Shown here in pieces: positions 9,797 through 18,023 of a stretch of DNA of 64,000 nt (position 1 is its first letter; every line of letters starts with the position of its first letter). Under the pieces are notes generated by a model. It searched no databases, had not been told where the DNA came from, and worked only from the letters and a program-made list of their open reading frames with translations. Both the position numbers and the translations under genes were made by a program. Origin of the DNA: Myxococcota bacterium (GTDB taxonomy: Bacteria; Myxococcota_A; SURF-8); NCBI GenBank assembly GCA_965140415.1, contig OZ223209.1, forward strand, positions 32,001 through 96,000, read 5' to 3'.

Positions 9797-10294
9797 ATGA
9801 AGACGATTCACCTTGTCGTGTTTTTTTGCGCGATTCTCCTTGTAACTGTGGCTGCTTGGGCGCAATCGGTCATTCCGCTTTCAGGCAGTGAAAAGGTCGA
9901 GGTCGCCCCAACTAAAAACGCGTGTTGTGAAAATGCGAAGGATCGCGGTCTGGCCGAGGCGAACAAGCAATGCCATCCGGGAACGGTGAGCAACTACAAC
10001 GCCGGAGCCTGTACGACCACCGTGAACGAGGAGATCAAGGAATATTTCGATTGTACACGCTCCTGGACGGCCACCTGCACAATGTCGGAAACTGCACAAG
10101 AGCAACCGAGCGAGTCCGATCCCTGCGAAGGCGTAAGCTGTTCGGGACATGGAAGCTGTGTCGCTGTTGACAATCTGGCGGTCTGTCAGTGCGATCCCGG
10201 TTATGGACCGTCACCGGATACCGGCCAGGGTTGTTTTCCAACCGAAGATTTTAAAAAGAAACTTGAAGATTTCTTGAAGGATGGCGCGCCATGA
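9797..10294 (+). CDS. Secreted Cys-rich protein with an EGF-like domain
   Basis: Signal peptide ending AWA; DPCEGVSCSGHGSC...CQCDPGY. Confidence 0.75.
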   Translation: MKTIHLVVFFCAILLVTVAAWAQSVIPLSGSEKVEVAPTKNACCENAKDRGLAEANKQCHPGTVSNYNAGACTTTVNEEIKEYFDCTRSWTATCTMSETAQEQPSESDPCEGVSCSGHGSCVAVDNLAVCQCDPGYGPSPDTGQGCFPTEDFKKKLEDFLKDGAP

Positions 10295-13200
10295 CGCGAA
10301 ACACAATCATCATTGTCACAGCCACGATCCTGTTTCTTTTTTGTTCTGTCTGTTATGCAGCGGATCAACAAGATACGCATCGTGCTTCTGCGCAAATGCG
10401 AACTGGTCTTCCGGTGGTGCTGATCAACATTGCTGCACCAGAAGAGATGAAACAGGAAGCGCTGGGCTTGACCTTGCTGTTACAGAATTCCGTCGCCACA
10501 CCAACACGAAAACTGATCGATCGGGATGGGTTGGACGATGTGATGCTGCCGAGCACCGGCAATCAGAAAAAAGATGTCCTATTAGTTAAAGATATCCTGT
10601 ACTTCGCTTCTGTCAGCGGCGCGAACAAGGTGATTCAAGGTTGGCTGGAACGCTACCCGGATCGCTTGCAGTTGGACCTGCGAGATTACGATGTTTTTAC
10701 CGGCAAAAGCACGGATGCGGTTCGATTGACGGCTGAAACGCAGGATGTGGATGGGCTGATGAGCCAGGCGCTTGCACCGATCAACCGCTGGCTGGGAGAA
10801 CCGGAAAAGGCTCAGCAAACCGAAAGCGCAGCGTTTTCACTTGACGAGACGAACACGCTGGCGCAGTTGTGGCTGGCGAAATCTCCTTGGGAAATGGAAC
10901 AAACGCTTGAATTGTTGGAACTGCTCTGCTCGCTACCTCAGAAAACGCCTCGGCTTTCCCCATGGTTGTTGCGTAAACTCGTCGCGAAAATGGGAACGGT
11001 AGACGATCCCCTGTCTAAGGCACTATTGGCCGAGTTGGCGCAAAACACCGAGGATGCCATTCGGATTTACAATTCGATTCCCGCCAAATCCAAGGCGGCT
11101 CATCTGGCAGCCCTGCGAAGCGCGATTTTGGAATATCGCTACGGTCATCAGGCCAAAGCCGAACGAGCATTTAAAAAAATCGCTCGCAAATACAAGAAAC
11201 ATCCCCTTGCAAAACTCTGGTCGGCACATCTGCTGATCGAGGCGGGAAAAGACAGGCGAGCGGCCAAAGCTTTGGCCTCCATCAAAAAGGCAAAGATTCA
11301 TCCCGAGTTATACCGTCGGTTGGCAACAAACTTTGAACGACAAGATAAAGCGTTGCAAGCGGCCAAAGCCACTCATCTTGCGGTGGAAACAGCATCTTTA
11401 CGTGGGCTGGTTTCACTAGCGGCAAAGCTTTCCGTACTGGAAGCACGCTTGAAACAGACGGATGTAGAGGCTACCCGGATCTTTCCCGCATATCTCGATG
11501 AAGCCGAGCGCGCAGAGTTATTGAAATATTTCTCGAAGCAAACGGAATCGAAATCGAAGAATCTGGCGCTGGCGCGGCTGATCTCTATCGGCAAAACGCC
11601 TCAAACGGCGCAGCGTTATTACGAAGCGCTCGTTATGTCGGGTGACTATCGGGCCGATGACTTTACGGAAGCCGGGCGTTTTCTATCACGCTTCGGTAAC
11701 GATCCAAAAATGGCCGGACTGGTATTGAAAGTGGCATTGAAACTGGACCCTGCAAGTGAATCGGTGTTGTTTGCATTGGCAGATCACTACCTGAAACAGG
11801 GGGATCTGGACGCCGCCATGGCGCTTTGCAAACAGGTAAAGAAACATTTTCCGTTGTGGCCTTATGTGAGCCGTTTGGATGCCCGTTACAAGCGTATCTG
11901 CAAAGAAACCCTGAAAGCGGAAAAGAGTTTGCGCGCGCGTTTGGAGGCGTATCCGGACGATGCCGAGGCGCTGGTTTTGCTGATCCGTGTCTTGATGGAT
12001 CTGGATCGTATGTTAGAGGCTCAACTGCAATACGCGCATTTAGAAGCCGTGGATATTCGTCTGGCCAATGCGTTGGGACCACCCAGTAAAAGTGAAACCA
12101 CGGCAAAGCTTGGGGAGATTAAAACAGAAGGCAACGAGTCGTTTCTGGCTGAGGCCGCCAACAGGAAGGGCGAAGGCAAATACAGCGAGCTGGAGAAGTT
12201 GCAGCAGGGCTTGAACGAAAGTCTCAAAGACGACAAGCTCAAGCTGGATTTGTCGGATCTGGCAGGTCTGATGGATTCCTCCAAACCCGACGAATTGAAG
12301 CGCATCGCTTCGGATCTGGGTATTCGGGTCAATACCGATAAAGCCGCCTCGCAGTTACAACAATTGCAGCTTGAAAACAAAAATGCCGCACCGATGCTGC
12401 CGCCCGGCAAGGGAACCGGCTTGTTGGATACGCTAAAGGGCATGGCGGACATGGCCAAGAAGTATCGGGAAGAGCAAGCGGCAAAGGCTCAAGCTGCTAT
12501 GGCGGAAGAAGAAAAAAAATCGCTTTCGGCCTGGTATTTCAACTGGTCGGAAGGATTGGCGCTGAAACTGGCTATTCTGTTGGCGGTACTGCTGCTGGTC
12601 CTAACGGTTGCTGTCACGATTCTGTACTGGTATCGCAAAGCCACAGGAACGGGGGGATTGACTGCCCGTGTTTCGTACAATCGCGCTTTCCACGAAGGAT
12701 TCTTCATCGGGCGGCTGTCTGAAAATGAATTGGAAACGGCATTCGAAAACGTCACCAAATTCTGGCGCAGCGCCAACCGCTCGCAGCCGGGACCGGTTCG
12801 CATATTTTGGAAGACGTTATTTCCCTATACGACAATGGCGGTGCGCGATATTCTGACGTTCGAACATATTCCGCCGGGTGCCTACCATCTTTACATTGCC
12901 AGCATTCAGACCGATCCTAAAACCGAATTGCCTATCGGCAGCGTTGAAATTCACGAACGAGTGACCATCTCTACAGGGATGGGGAATGCCGAACTTCGTT
13001 TTGAAGAAGCATTGGCTTATGTCGGCGTCAAGGTCGTTCGAAAAATTCACATCGATACGTCACAGGCGGATGCATTGACCGGCAAAAAGAAAGATCCGGT
13101 GGTCGTAACTGCGGACAGCCTCCCGGACTTGAACGAGAGCGGGAAACTAAACGAGGAAATTTCCGTGTACCTGCCCACGGGCCGACATCTGCTGAACATC

Positions 13201-13326
13201 CAATTCGGTGCCACCGTCATGCAGCGGGAAGTAACCGTTAAAGAAGATCTTTCGCCGCAGTGGCTGGAACTCGATCTGCAATCCGTCAACGTTCGAAAAG
13301 CCAGGCTGGATTCGAGCCCCGTATAG
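10291..13326 (+). CDS. Large TPR-like helical-repeat membrane protein
   Basis: Signal peptide, TPR-like helices, one transmembrane segment near aa 760-785, beta-rich C-terminal region; ATGA overlap with the upstream gene. Confidence 0.7.
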   Translation: MTRNTIIIVTATILFLFCSVCYAADQQDTHRASAQMRTGLPVVLINIAAPEEMKQEALGLTLLLQNSVATPTRKLIDRDGLDDVMLPSTGNQKKDVLLVKDILYFASVSGANKVIQGWLERYPDRLQLDLRDYDVFTGKSTDAVRLTAETQDVDGLMSQALAPINRWLGEPEKAQQTESAAFSLDETNTLAQLWLAKSPWEMEQTLELLELLCSLPQKTPRLSPWLLRKLVAKMGTVDDPLSKALLAELAQNTEDAIRIYNSIPAKSKAAHLAALRSAILEYRYGHQAKAERAFKKIARKYKKHPLAKLWSAHLLIEAGKDRRAAKALASIKKAKIHPELYRRLATNFERQDKALQAAKATHLAVETASLRGLVSLAAKLSVLEARLKQTDVEATRIFPAYLDEAERAELLKYFSKQTESKSKNLALARLISIGKTPQTAQRYYEALVMSGDYRADDFTEAGRFLSRFGNDPKMAGLVLKVALKLDPASESVLFALADHYLKQGDLDAAMALCKQVKKHFPLWPYVSRLDARYKRICKETLKAEKSLRARLEAYPDDAEALVLLIRVLMDLDRMLEAQLQYAHLEAVDIRLANALGPPSKSETTAKLGEIKTEGNESFLAEAANRKGEGKYSELEKLQQGLNESLKDDKLKLDLSDLAGLMDSSKPDELKRIASDLGIRVNTDKAASQLQQLQLENKNAAPMLPPGKGTGLLDTLKGMADMAKKYREEQAAKAQAAMAEEEKKSLSAWYFNWSEGLALKLAILLAVLLLVLTVAVTILYWYRKATGTGGLTARVSYNRAFHEGFFIGRLSENELETAFENVTKFWRSANRSQPGPVRIFWKTLFPYTTMAVRDILTFEHIPPGAYHLYIASIQTDPKTELPIGSVEIHERVTISTGMGNAELRFEEALAYVGVKVVRKIHIDTSQADALTGKKKDPVVVTADSLPDLNESGKLNEEISVYLPTGRHLLNIQFGATVMQREVTVKEDLSPQWLELDLQSVNVRKARLDSSPV

Positions 13327-13352
13327 ATTGAGTGCTTGTATACGGCCTGCTC

Positions 13353-13539
13353 TATACCGGTTCTTAATCATTTTTAACCACTGATTTCAAGAAATGTGTG
13401 GCATAGTCTTACGCGATCGAAGATCGTGGAAGGCTGTGTGTCTTCAACAAGTTACACACGGCCTCCCGGAATTTCCATTCCGTGAGACCATGTCACATCG
13501 TGATTACTCGATGGACAGAAATGAGTAATACCTGCTCTA
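13353..13539. mobile_element. MITE-like structured repeat, copy 1 (187 bp)
   Basis: Closely similar to 51356-51541; TA at both ends; imperfect terminal inverted repeats TATACCGGTTCTTAATCATTT and (reverse complement) TAGAGCAGGTATTACTCATTT. Confidence 0.75.
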
Positions 13540-13554
13540 ATTTCTGCGAACGCC

Positions 13555-13586
13555 AATAAAAAACGGCGGGGTTATGCCTCGCCGTT
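13555..13586 (-). terminator. Intrinsic terminator downstream of the 13650-15593 gene
   Basis: AACGGCGGGG...CCTCGCCGTT stem followed by a T-run on the minus strand. Confidence 0.6.
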
Positions 13587-13649
13587 ACGGAAATCAGAAA
13601 ATGTTAATTTCTACTTCATGGAATCAACCGAGCAAACACCCCATGTCAT

Positions 13650-15593
13650 TTACGGCACGGTTACATAGGCCGTGTCGTAAAGTTGATTCCAGACCATGAC
13701 GTTGATGGTATAATCGCCGCTGGGAAGATCGTAAATGCTGCTGTTGACGTCGTACAGGCAGACGCAGTCGCAGGGCGCTTGCAGCATTTCTGTTTCGGTG
13801 AGCGTGATCGTGAAGCCGTCGATAGCCATTGCCACCGCGATTTCGTCGATGCAACAGTTGTATTCGGCGTTATGATGCAACACGGCGATGTGATCCGTTT
13901 CCCAGTTCGCCGTCAACGTTTCATCGGTACTGTCACGAAATCCGGAACCAAGGCAGTCGGAGTTGTTGTGCTGCAATTCCGGTGCAGCCCCGACCGTCAA
14001 GGAAGTGCTTCCCGCCAGATTTCCATCGTTGTTGTAAAATTCCACCGTGTATAGGCCGTCGGCCAACCCGGCAACCTGGGCGCTGATATCGAAGGGACAG
14101 ACGCAGAAACAGGGATTGGGAGCGACTTCCGTTTCGTACAGTTTCAACGTATTGCCATCCTGCACCAACTCCACGCTGATTTCGTCGATGCAGCAGTTGT
14201 ACACCGCGTTATGATGAGTCGCCGTAGCCAGTCCGGTTTCGGCATCGTAACTGGCTTCAAAGCTTTCCGTGCCATACAAGCTGTCATCATCGCCGTCGAC
14301 AGTGCGTGTCGCGCCGTTCAGGCAGTCAGAATTACGTACACCGGCCAGTTGCACACCACCGACAGTCACTTGGGCCGATCCAGCCAACTGGCCACCGTCC
14401 AGGTAAAATTCCACCGTGTACACTCCGTCCGCGAGATCGTCGATTTGAGCGCTGACATCATACGGGCATACGCAGGCGCAGGGCATATCGACCTGTTCCG
14501 TTTCGTACAGTTTCAGTGTAGTGCCATCCTGCACCAGATCCACATCGATGGAGTCGATGCAGCAGTTGTACACCGCGTTGTGATGAATTGCCGTAACGGC
14601 TCCGGTAGAGGAATCGTAATTTGCCTCGAAGGTCGCGGCGGGGAACATGCCGTCTTCGTCACCATCCACCGTGGTGCGCGTGTTACCCAGACAGTCGGAA
14701 TTCTGAACGTTGCTCAGCGTGGCGCCATCACCTACCGTGACTTGAGCCGAGCCGGCCAGATCGCCACCATCCTTGTAGAATTCCACGGTGTAGCTGCCAT
14801 CTTCCAGATCCGCAATCTGCGTCTCGACATCGTAAGGGCAGATGCAGTTGCATGGCATATCGAGGATTTCCGTTTCGTAGAGTTTCAGCGTGTTGCCATC
14901 CACTACCAGATCCAGCCCGATGGACTCGATGCAGCAATTATAAATGACGTTGTGATGAATCGCCGTAACCAGACCGGTCGTCGGATTGTAGCTGGCTTCG
15001 ACACTTTCTACACCGAAAGGATCCTCGCTGTCGCCGGTGCGGGTTCCCAGGCAGCTGGAGTTGGTCGTTTCGCGCAGATTCGGACCGCTGCTGTCGCCAT
15101 CGGTGGTGTCGCCGTCGGTCATGTCGCCATCGGTCGTATCGCCATCGATGGTGTCGCCGTCGGTCATGTCGCCATCGGTCGTATCACCATCGGGCGTGTC
15201 GCCATCGGCAGTGTCGCCATCGGCAGTATCACCATCGGCAGTGTCGCCATCGGCAGTATCACCATCGGCAGTGTCGCCATCGGCAGTATCGCCATCGGCA
15301 GTGTCGCCATCGGCAGTGTCGCCATCGGCAGTGTCGCCATCGGCAGTGTCGCCATCGGTCGTGTCACCATCGGCAGTATCTCCGTCGGTTGTGTCGCCAT
15401 CGGTCGTATCGCCATCGGTTGTGTCGCCATCGGTGGTGTCGCCATCGGTTGTGTCGCCATCGGTGGTATCACCATCGGTCGTGTCGCCGTCAGCAGTATC
15501 GCCATCGACGGTGTCATCGTCGTCACCGCAACCGGCCAGCGCGACTGTCGCCAGCATCATCATTAAAAGGATGAAAATCGAAAGTTTACGCAT
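13650..15593 (-). CDS. Lipoprotein with 28 DGD pentapeptides and four tandem NCC/CxCxC domains
   Basis: Start MRKLSIF (GGGAGA upstream); lipobox LAGC-GDDDD; four copies of SxCL...HHNxxYNCCI...ETE...PCxCxCx(Y/F)D. Confidence 0.85.
   Translation of the reverse strand: MRKLSIFILLMMMLATVALAGCGDDDDTVDGDTADGDTTDGDTTDGDTTDGDTTDGDTTDGDTTDGDTTDGDTADGDTTDGDTADGDTADGDTADGDTADGDTADGDTADGDTADGDTADGDTADGDTADGDTPDGDTTDGDMTDGDTIDGDTTDGDMTDGDTTDGDSSGPNLRETTNSSCLGTRTGDSEDPFGVESVEASYNPTTGLVTAIHHNVIYNCCIESIGLDLVVDGNTLKLYETEILDMPCNCICPYDVETQIADLEDGSYTVEFYKDGGDLAGSAQVTVGDGATLSNVQNSDCLGNTRTTVDGDEDGMFPAATFEANYDSSTGAVTAIHHNAVYNCCIDSIDVDLVQDGTTLKLYETEQVDMPCACVCPYDVSAQIDDLADGVYTVEFYLDGGQLAGSAQVTVGGVQLAGVRNSDCLNGATRTVDGDDDSLYGTESFEASYDAETGLATATHHNAVYNCCIDEISVELVQDGNTLKLYETEVAPNPCFCVCPFDISAQVAGLADGLYTVEFYNNDGNLAGSTSLTVGAAPELQHNNSDCLGSGFRDSTDETLTANWETDHIAVLHHNAEYNCCIDEIAVAMAIDGFTITLTETEMLQAPCDCVCLYDVNSSIYDLPSGDYTINVMVWNQLYDTAYVTVP
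15093..15506 (-). repeat. Coding tandem repeat: 28 x 15 nt encoding DGD plus TA/TT/TP/MT/TI
   Basis: Strict 15-nt period with synonymous third-position variation. Confidence 0.9.
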
Positions 15594-15884
15594 GGTCATC
15601 TCTCCCACCGGTAAGTATTGTTTTCTTCGAAGTGATCTCTTTCGTCGTTGACGCCTAAACTTTCGCAACCTTCGTGCCAGTTTGGAAACAACTTAATACC
15701 TTGATAATACTAGGAATGCTGATTCAGACATCCCATCAACTGTCAAGAATTGTTTACACATTCTGTAAATCAGACGCACCTTCTGACATTTTTTCGGTTC
15801 CCAGCACCCATTTTATAGGCTTGAAACTGGACAGTTGCCGCTTGGGAGCGTATGATGTCGCCCAGATTTGATTGGAGAACCGCG

Positions 15885-17258
15885 ATGAATACTCACTTGT
15901 ACCCGCCCACCCGTGATCAATTGTTAATAACCTTGTTACTTCTGATGATCCTCGGGCTTGCCGTAGCCTGTCAGGGAAACTCGGATGATCCCATTGATGG
16001 GGATACCGAAGACGAGCAAACGGATTCCGATACCTTGCCCGATGGCGATATGGATCTCGATTTCGATTCGATTGATAATCAGCCTCCTGTAATCGACGGC
16101 GATGCCGACCCGGAAGTCGAAATGGAAGCCGATAGCGATTCCAATCCACCCCAACTCTTATGTCATCCCGGAGAGTGGGAATGCTACGACGATCAGTCCC
16201 TCTATCGTTGCGCCGAAGACGGACAGGGATATCTCGATTACCACTTGTGCCAACCCAATGAAATCTGTGAGGAAAACGCCTGTGTTGCGCGCTATCCCGA
16301 TGGAGATGTGGCAGATGGTGATGTCATCGATGGGGATGCAACAGATGGCGATGGTACAGATGGTGATGTCATCGATGGGGATATGACCGACGGTGATGCA
16401 ACCGATGGGGATATCATTGATGGCGACATGTCCGACGGTGATTTCGATCTGGACTATGATGAAGAAACAGGCGACCCGGATCTCGATCCGGAACCTGAAC
16501 TGGAACCCGAACCGGACCCCGAACCCGAGCCGGAACCGGAGGAGGATCTTCCTCATTCCCAATGCAACGGCTTGACCAATACCGCCTTATGGAACTGCAT
16601 CCGCAATATCGTAACCGGTCATTATTCGCTGGGCTACGACGACGCTCGCGAGAAAATGTTCGGGGATATCGATAATGTCAACGGGCGGGTACAGTGCGTC
16701 TACACTGGAGAATGGGTTTATACCTGGGACATTCCGTCTTCCGCAACCATGAATACCGAGCATAGCTGGCCGCAGAGTTACGGGGCGGGCAGCGAACCGG
16801 CGCGCAGCGATTTAAACCACTTGTTCCCCACCATCAGCGGGGCGAATTCCGCTCGCAGCAACCATCCTTTCGGGAAAGTTGTAAGTGATATCAACGACAA
16901 CTGGGTACCAAGCCTTTTAGGTGATAATGCCAACGGAGATCGCGTATTCGAGCCGCGCGACGAGCATAAAGGCGATGTGGCACGGGCCGTGTTCTACTTT
17001 GCCATTCGCTACGACGGCGGCTACAGCCAGGTGCCCTGGTACGACGAAGCGCTGCTCAAACAATGGAACCGGAACGATCCGCCTTCGGACAAGGAAAAAG
17101 CACGCAACGATTCCATCGAGCACTACCAGCATCGACGCAATCCCTTTGTCGATCGCCCTGATTTCGTGGACAAAATCAGTGATTTTACGCGCAATTACGG
17201 GCTCGTAACGCCGCCGCCACCCACATTTGAGGAGCAATATCCGCTCTTATTTCAGTAA
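15885..17258 (+). CDS. Lipoprotein with DGD/EP linker and C-terminal endonuclease I family nuclease
   Basis: Lipobox LAVAC; NTEHSWPQS, SDLNHLFP, NSARSNHPFG, FEPRDEHKGDVARAVFYFAIRY, RNPFVDRP. Confidence 0.88.
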   Translation: MNTHLYPPTRDQLLITLLLLMILGLAVACQGNSDDPIDGDTEDEQTDSDTLPDGDMDLDFDSIDNQPPVIDGDADPEVEMEADSDSNPPQLLCHPGEWECYDDQSLYRCAEDGQGYLDYHLCQPNEICEENACVARYPDGDVADGDVIDGDATDGDGTDGDVIDGDMTDGDATDGDIIDGDMSDGDFDLDYDEETGDPDLDPEPELEPEPDPEPEPEPEEDLPHSQCNGLTNTALWNCIRNIVTGHYSLGYDDAREKMFGDIDNVNGRVQCVYTGEWVYTWDIPSSATMNTEHSWPQSYGAGSEPARSDLNHLFPTISGANSARSNHPFGKVVSDINDNWVPSLLGDNANGDRVFEPRDEHKGDVARAVFYFAIRYDGGYSQVPWYDEALLKQWNRNDPPSDKEKARNDSIEHYQHRRNPFVDRPDFVDKISDFTRNYGLVTPPPPTFEEQYPLLFQ

Positions 17259-17388
17259 ATTAGCGAAAAAGCGCTGACAAACTGGTAAAAAATAAATTAA
17301 TTTGGAAACGTTTGCTTTGCAATCGTATCTATTGCTATGGTAGCTTGTCGAACCTGAAATTATTTTCTTGAACACAGGAGCTAGATCG

Positions 17389-17751
17389 ATGACAGAATTT
17401 GTGGAAGCAACCGGTTGTGATATTCAGATCTCCAAGTCTGCTATTTCTGAATTCGAAACCATTATGCAGCAGGATGAAAACAAGGGAAAAGCCATCCGCA
17501 TCATGATCGCGGGCATGGGTTGCAGCGGTCCTCAGATCGGTCTGGCCCTGGACGACCCGAACGAAGCCGACAAGGTTTTCGATGACAACGGCGTGCAGAT
17601 CCTGGTTGATGAAGGCATGAAACAGCAGATCACTGCGTTTGAAGGTCTGCAAATCGAATTCGTCAACGATCCCAGCTATGGCACCGGATTCAAGGTCGCC
17701 TTCAAGAATCCGCCGGCCAGCAGTTGCGGCGGCAGTTGTAGCGGCTGCTAA
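17389..17751 (+). CDS. HesB/IscA-like Fe-S carrier family protein
   Basis: AGGAG before ATG; IRIMIAGMGCSGPQIGLALD; C-terminus CGGSCSGC. Confidence 0.8.
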   Translation: MTEFVEATGCDIQISKSAISEFETIMQQDENKGKAIRIMIAGMGCSGPQIGLALDDPNEADKVFDDNGVQILVDEGMKQQITAFEGLQIEFVNDPSYGTGFKVAFKNPPASSCGGSCSGC

Positions 17752-17806
17752 GGTACCCTGAAAAGTTAAGATGATCCTACATGGAGGGTCATCCTGGTAT
17801 GTTCGA

Positions 17807-17841
17807 CAAGCCCCGTCGTTTTCGGCGGGGTTTGTTTTTTG
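17807..17841 (+). terminator. Intrinsic terminator after the HesB-like gene
   Basis: AAGCCCCGTCG-TTTT-CGGCGGGGTTT followed by a T-run. Confidence 0.7.
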
Positions 17842-17870
17842 TGGAGGAACTTGCCTGGAACTTACGTTCT

Positions 17871-17974
17871 TAGAGGAGTTACTATCCATTATTAGTGATG
17901 TCTTCTTGTAGCGGCGAGGCGTAAGCCCGCCGAAAAACACCAATAATAACGGCGGGCTTACGCTCCGCCGCTAC
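17871..17974. repeat. GTAG-type REP doublet with a conserved flank
   Basis: GTAGCGGCGAGGCGTAAGCCCGCCG...CGGCGGGCTTACGCTCCGCCGCTAC (17908-17974); one arm plus flank recurs inverted at 29529-29597. Confidence 0.75.
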
Positions 17975-18023
17975 GGGAAATCAAAAGAACGAATTGTTAA
18001 AATCAAATAATAACCCGTATAGA

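Noticed and set aside
15093-15506. CRISPR-like array (also 19930-20355 and 4850-5095)
   Set aside because: These are 15-18-nt in-frame coding repeats without unique spacers, and no cas genes are present.
17302-17320. Sigma54 promoter upstream of the HesB-like gene (TGGAAACGTTTGCTTTGC)
   Set aside because: The GG-to-GC spacing is not the required 10 nt.
17335-17943. 202-aa minus-strand ORF over the HesB-like gene (also 17971-19065 and 29429-29845)
   Set aside because: These overlap better-supported genes, terminators or REP elements and show no recognisable motifs.
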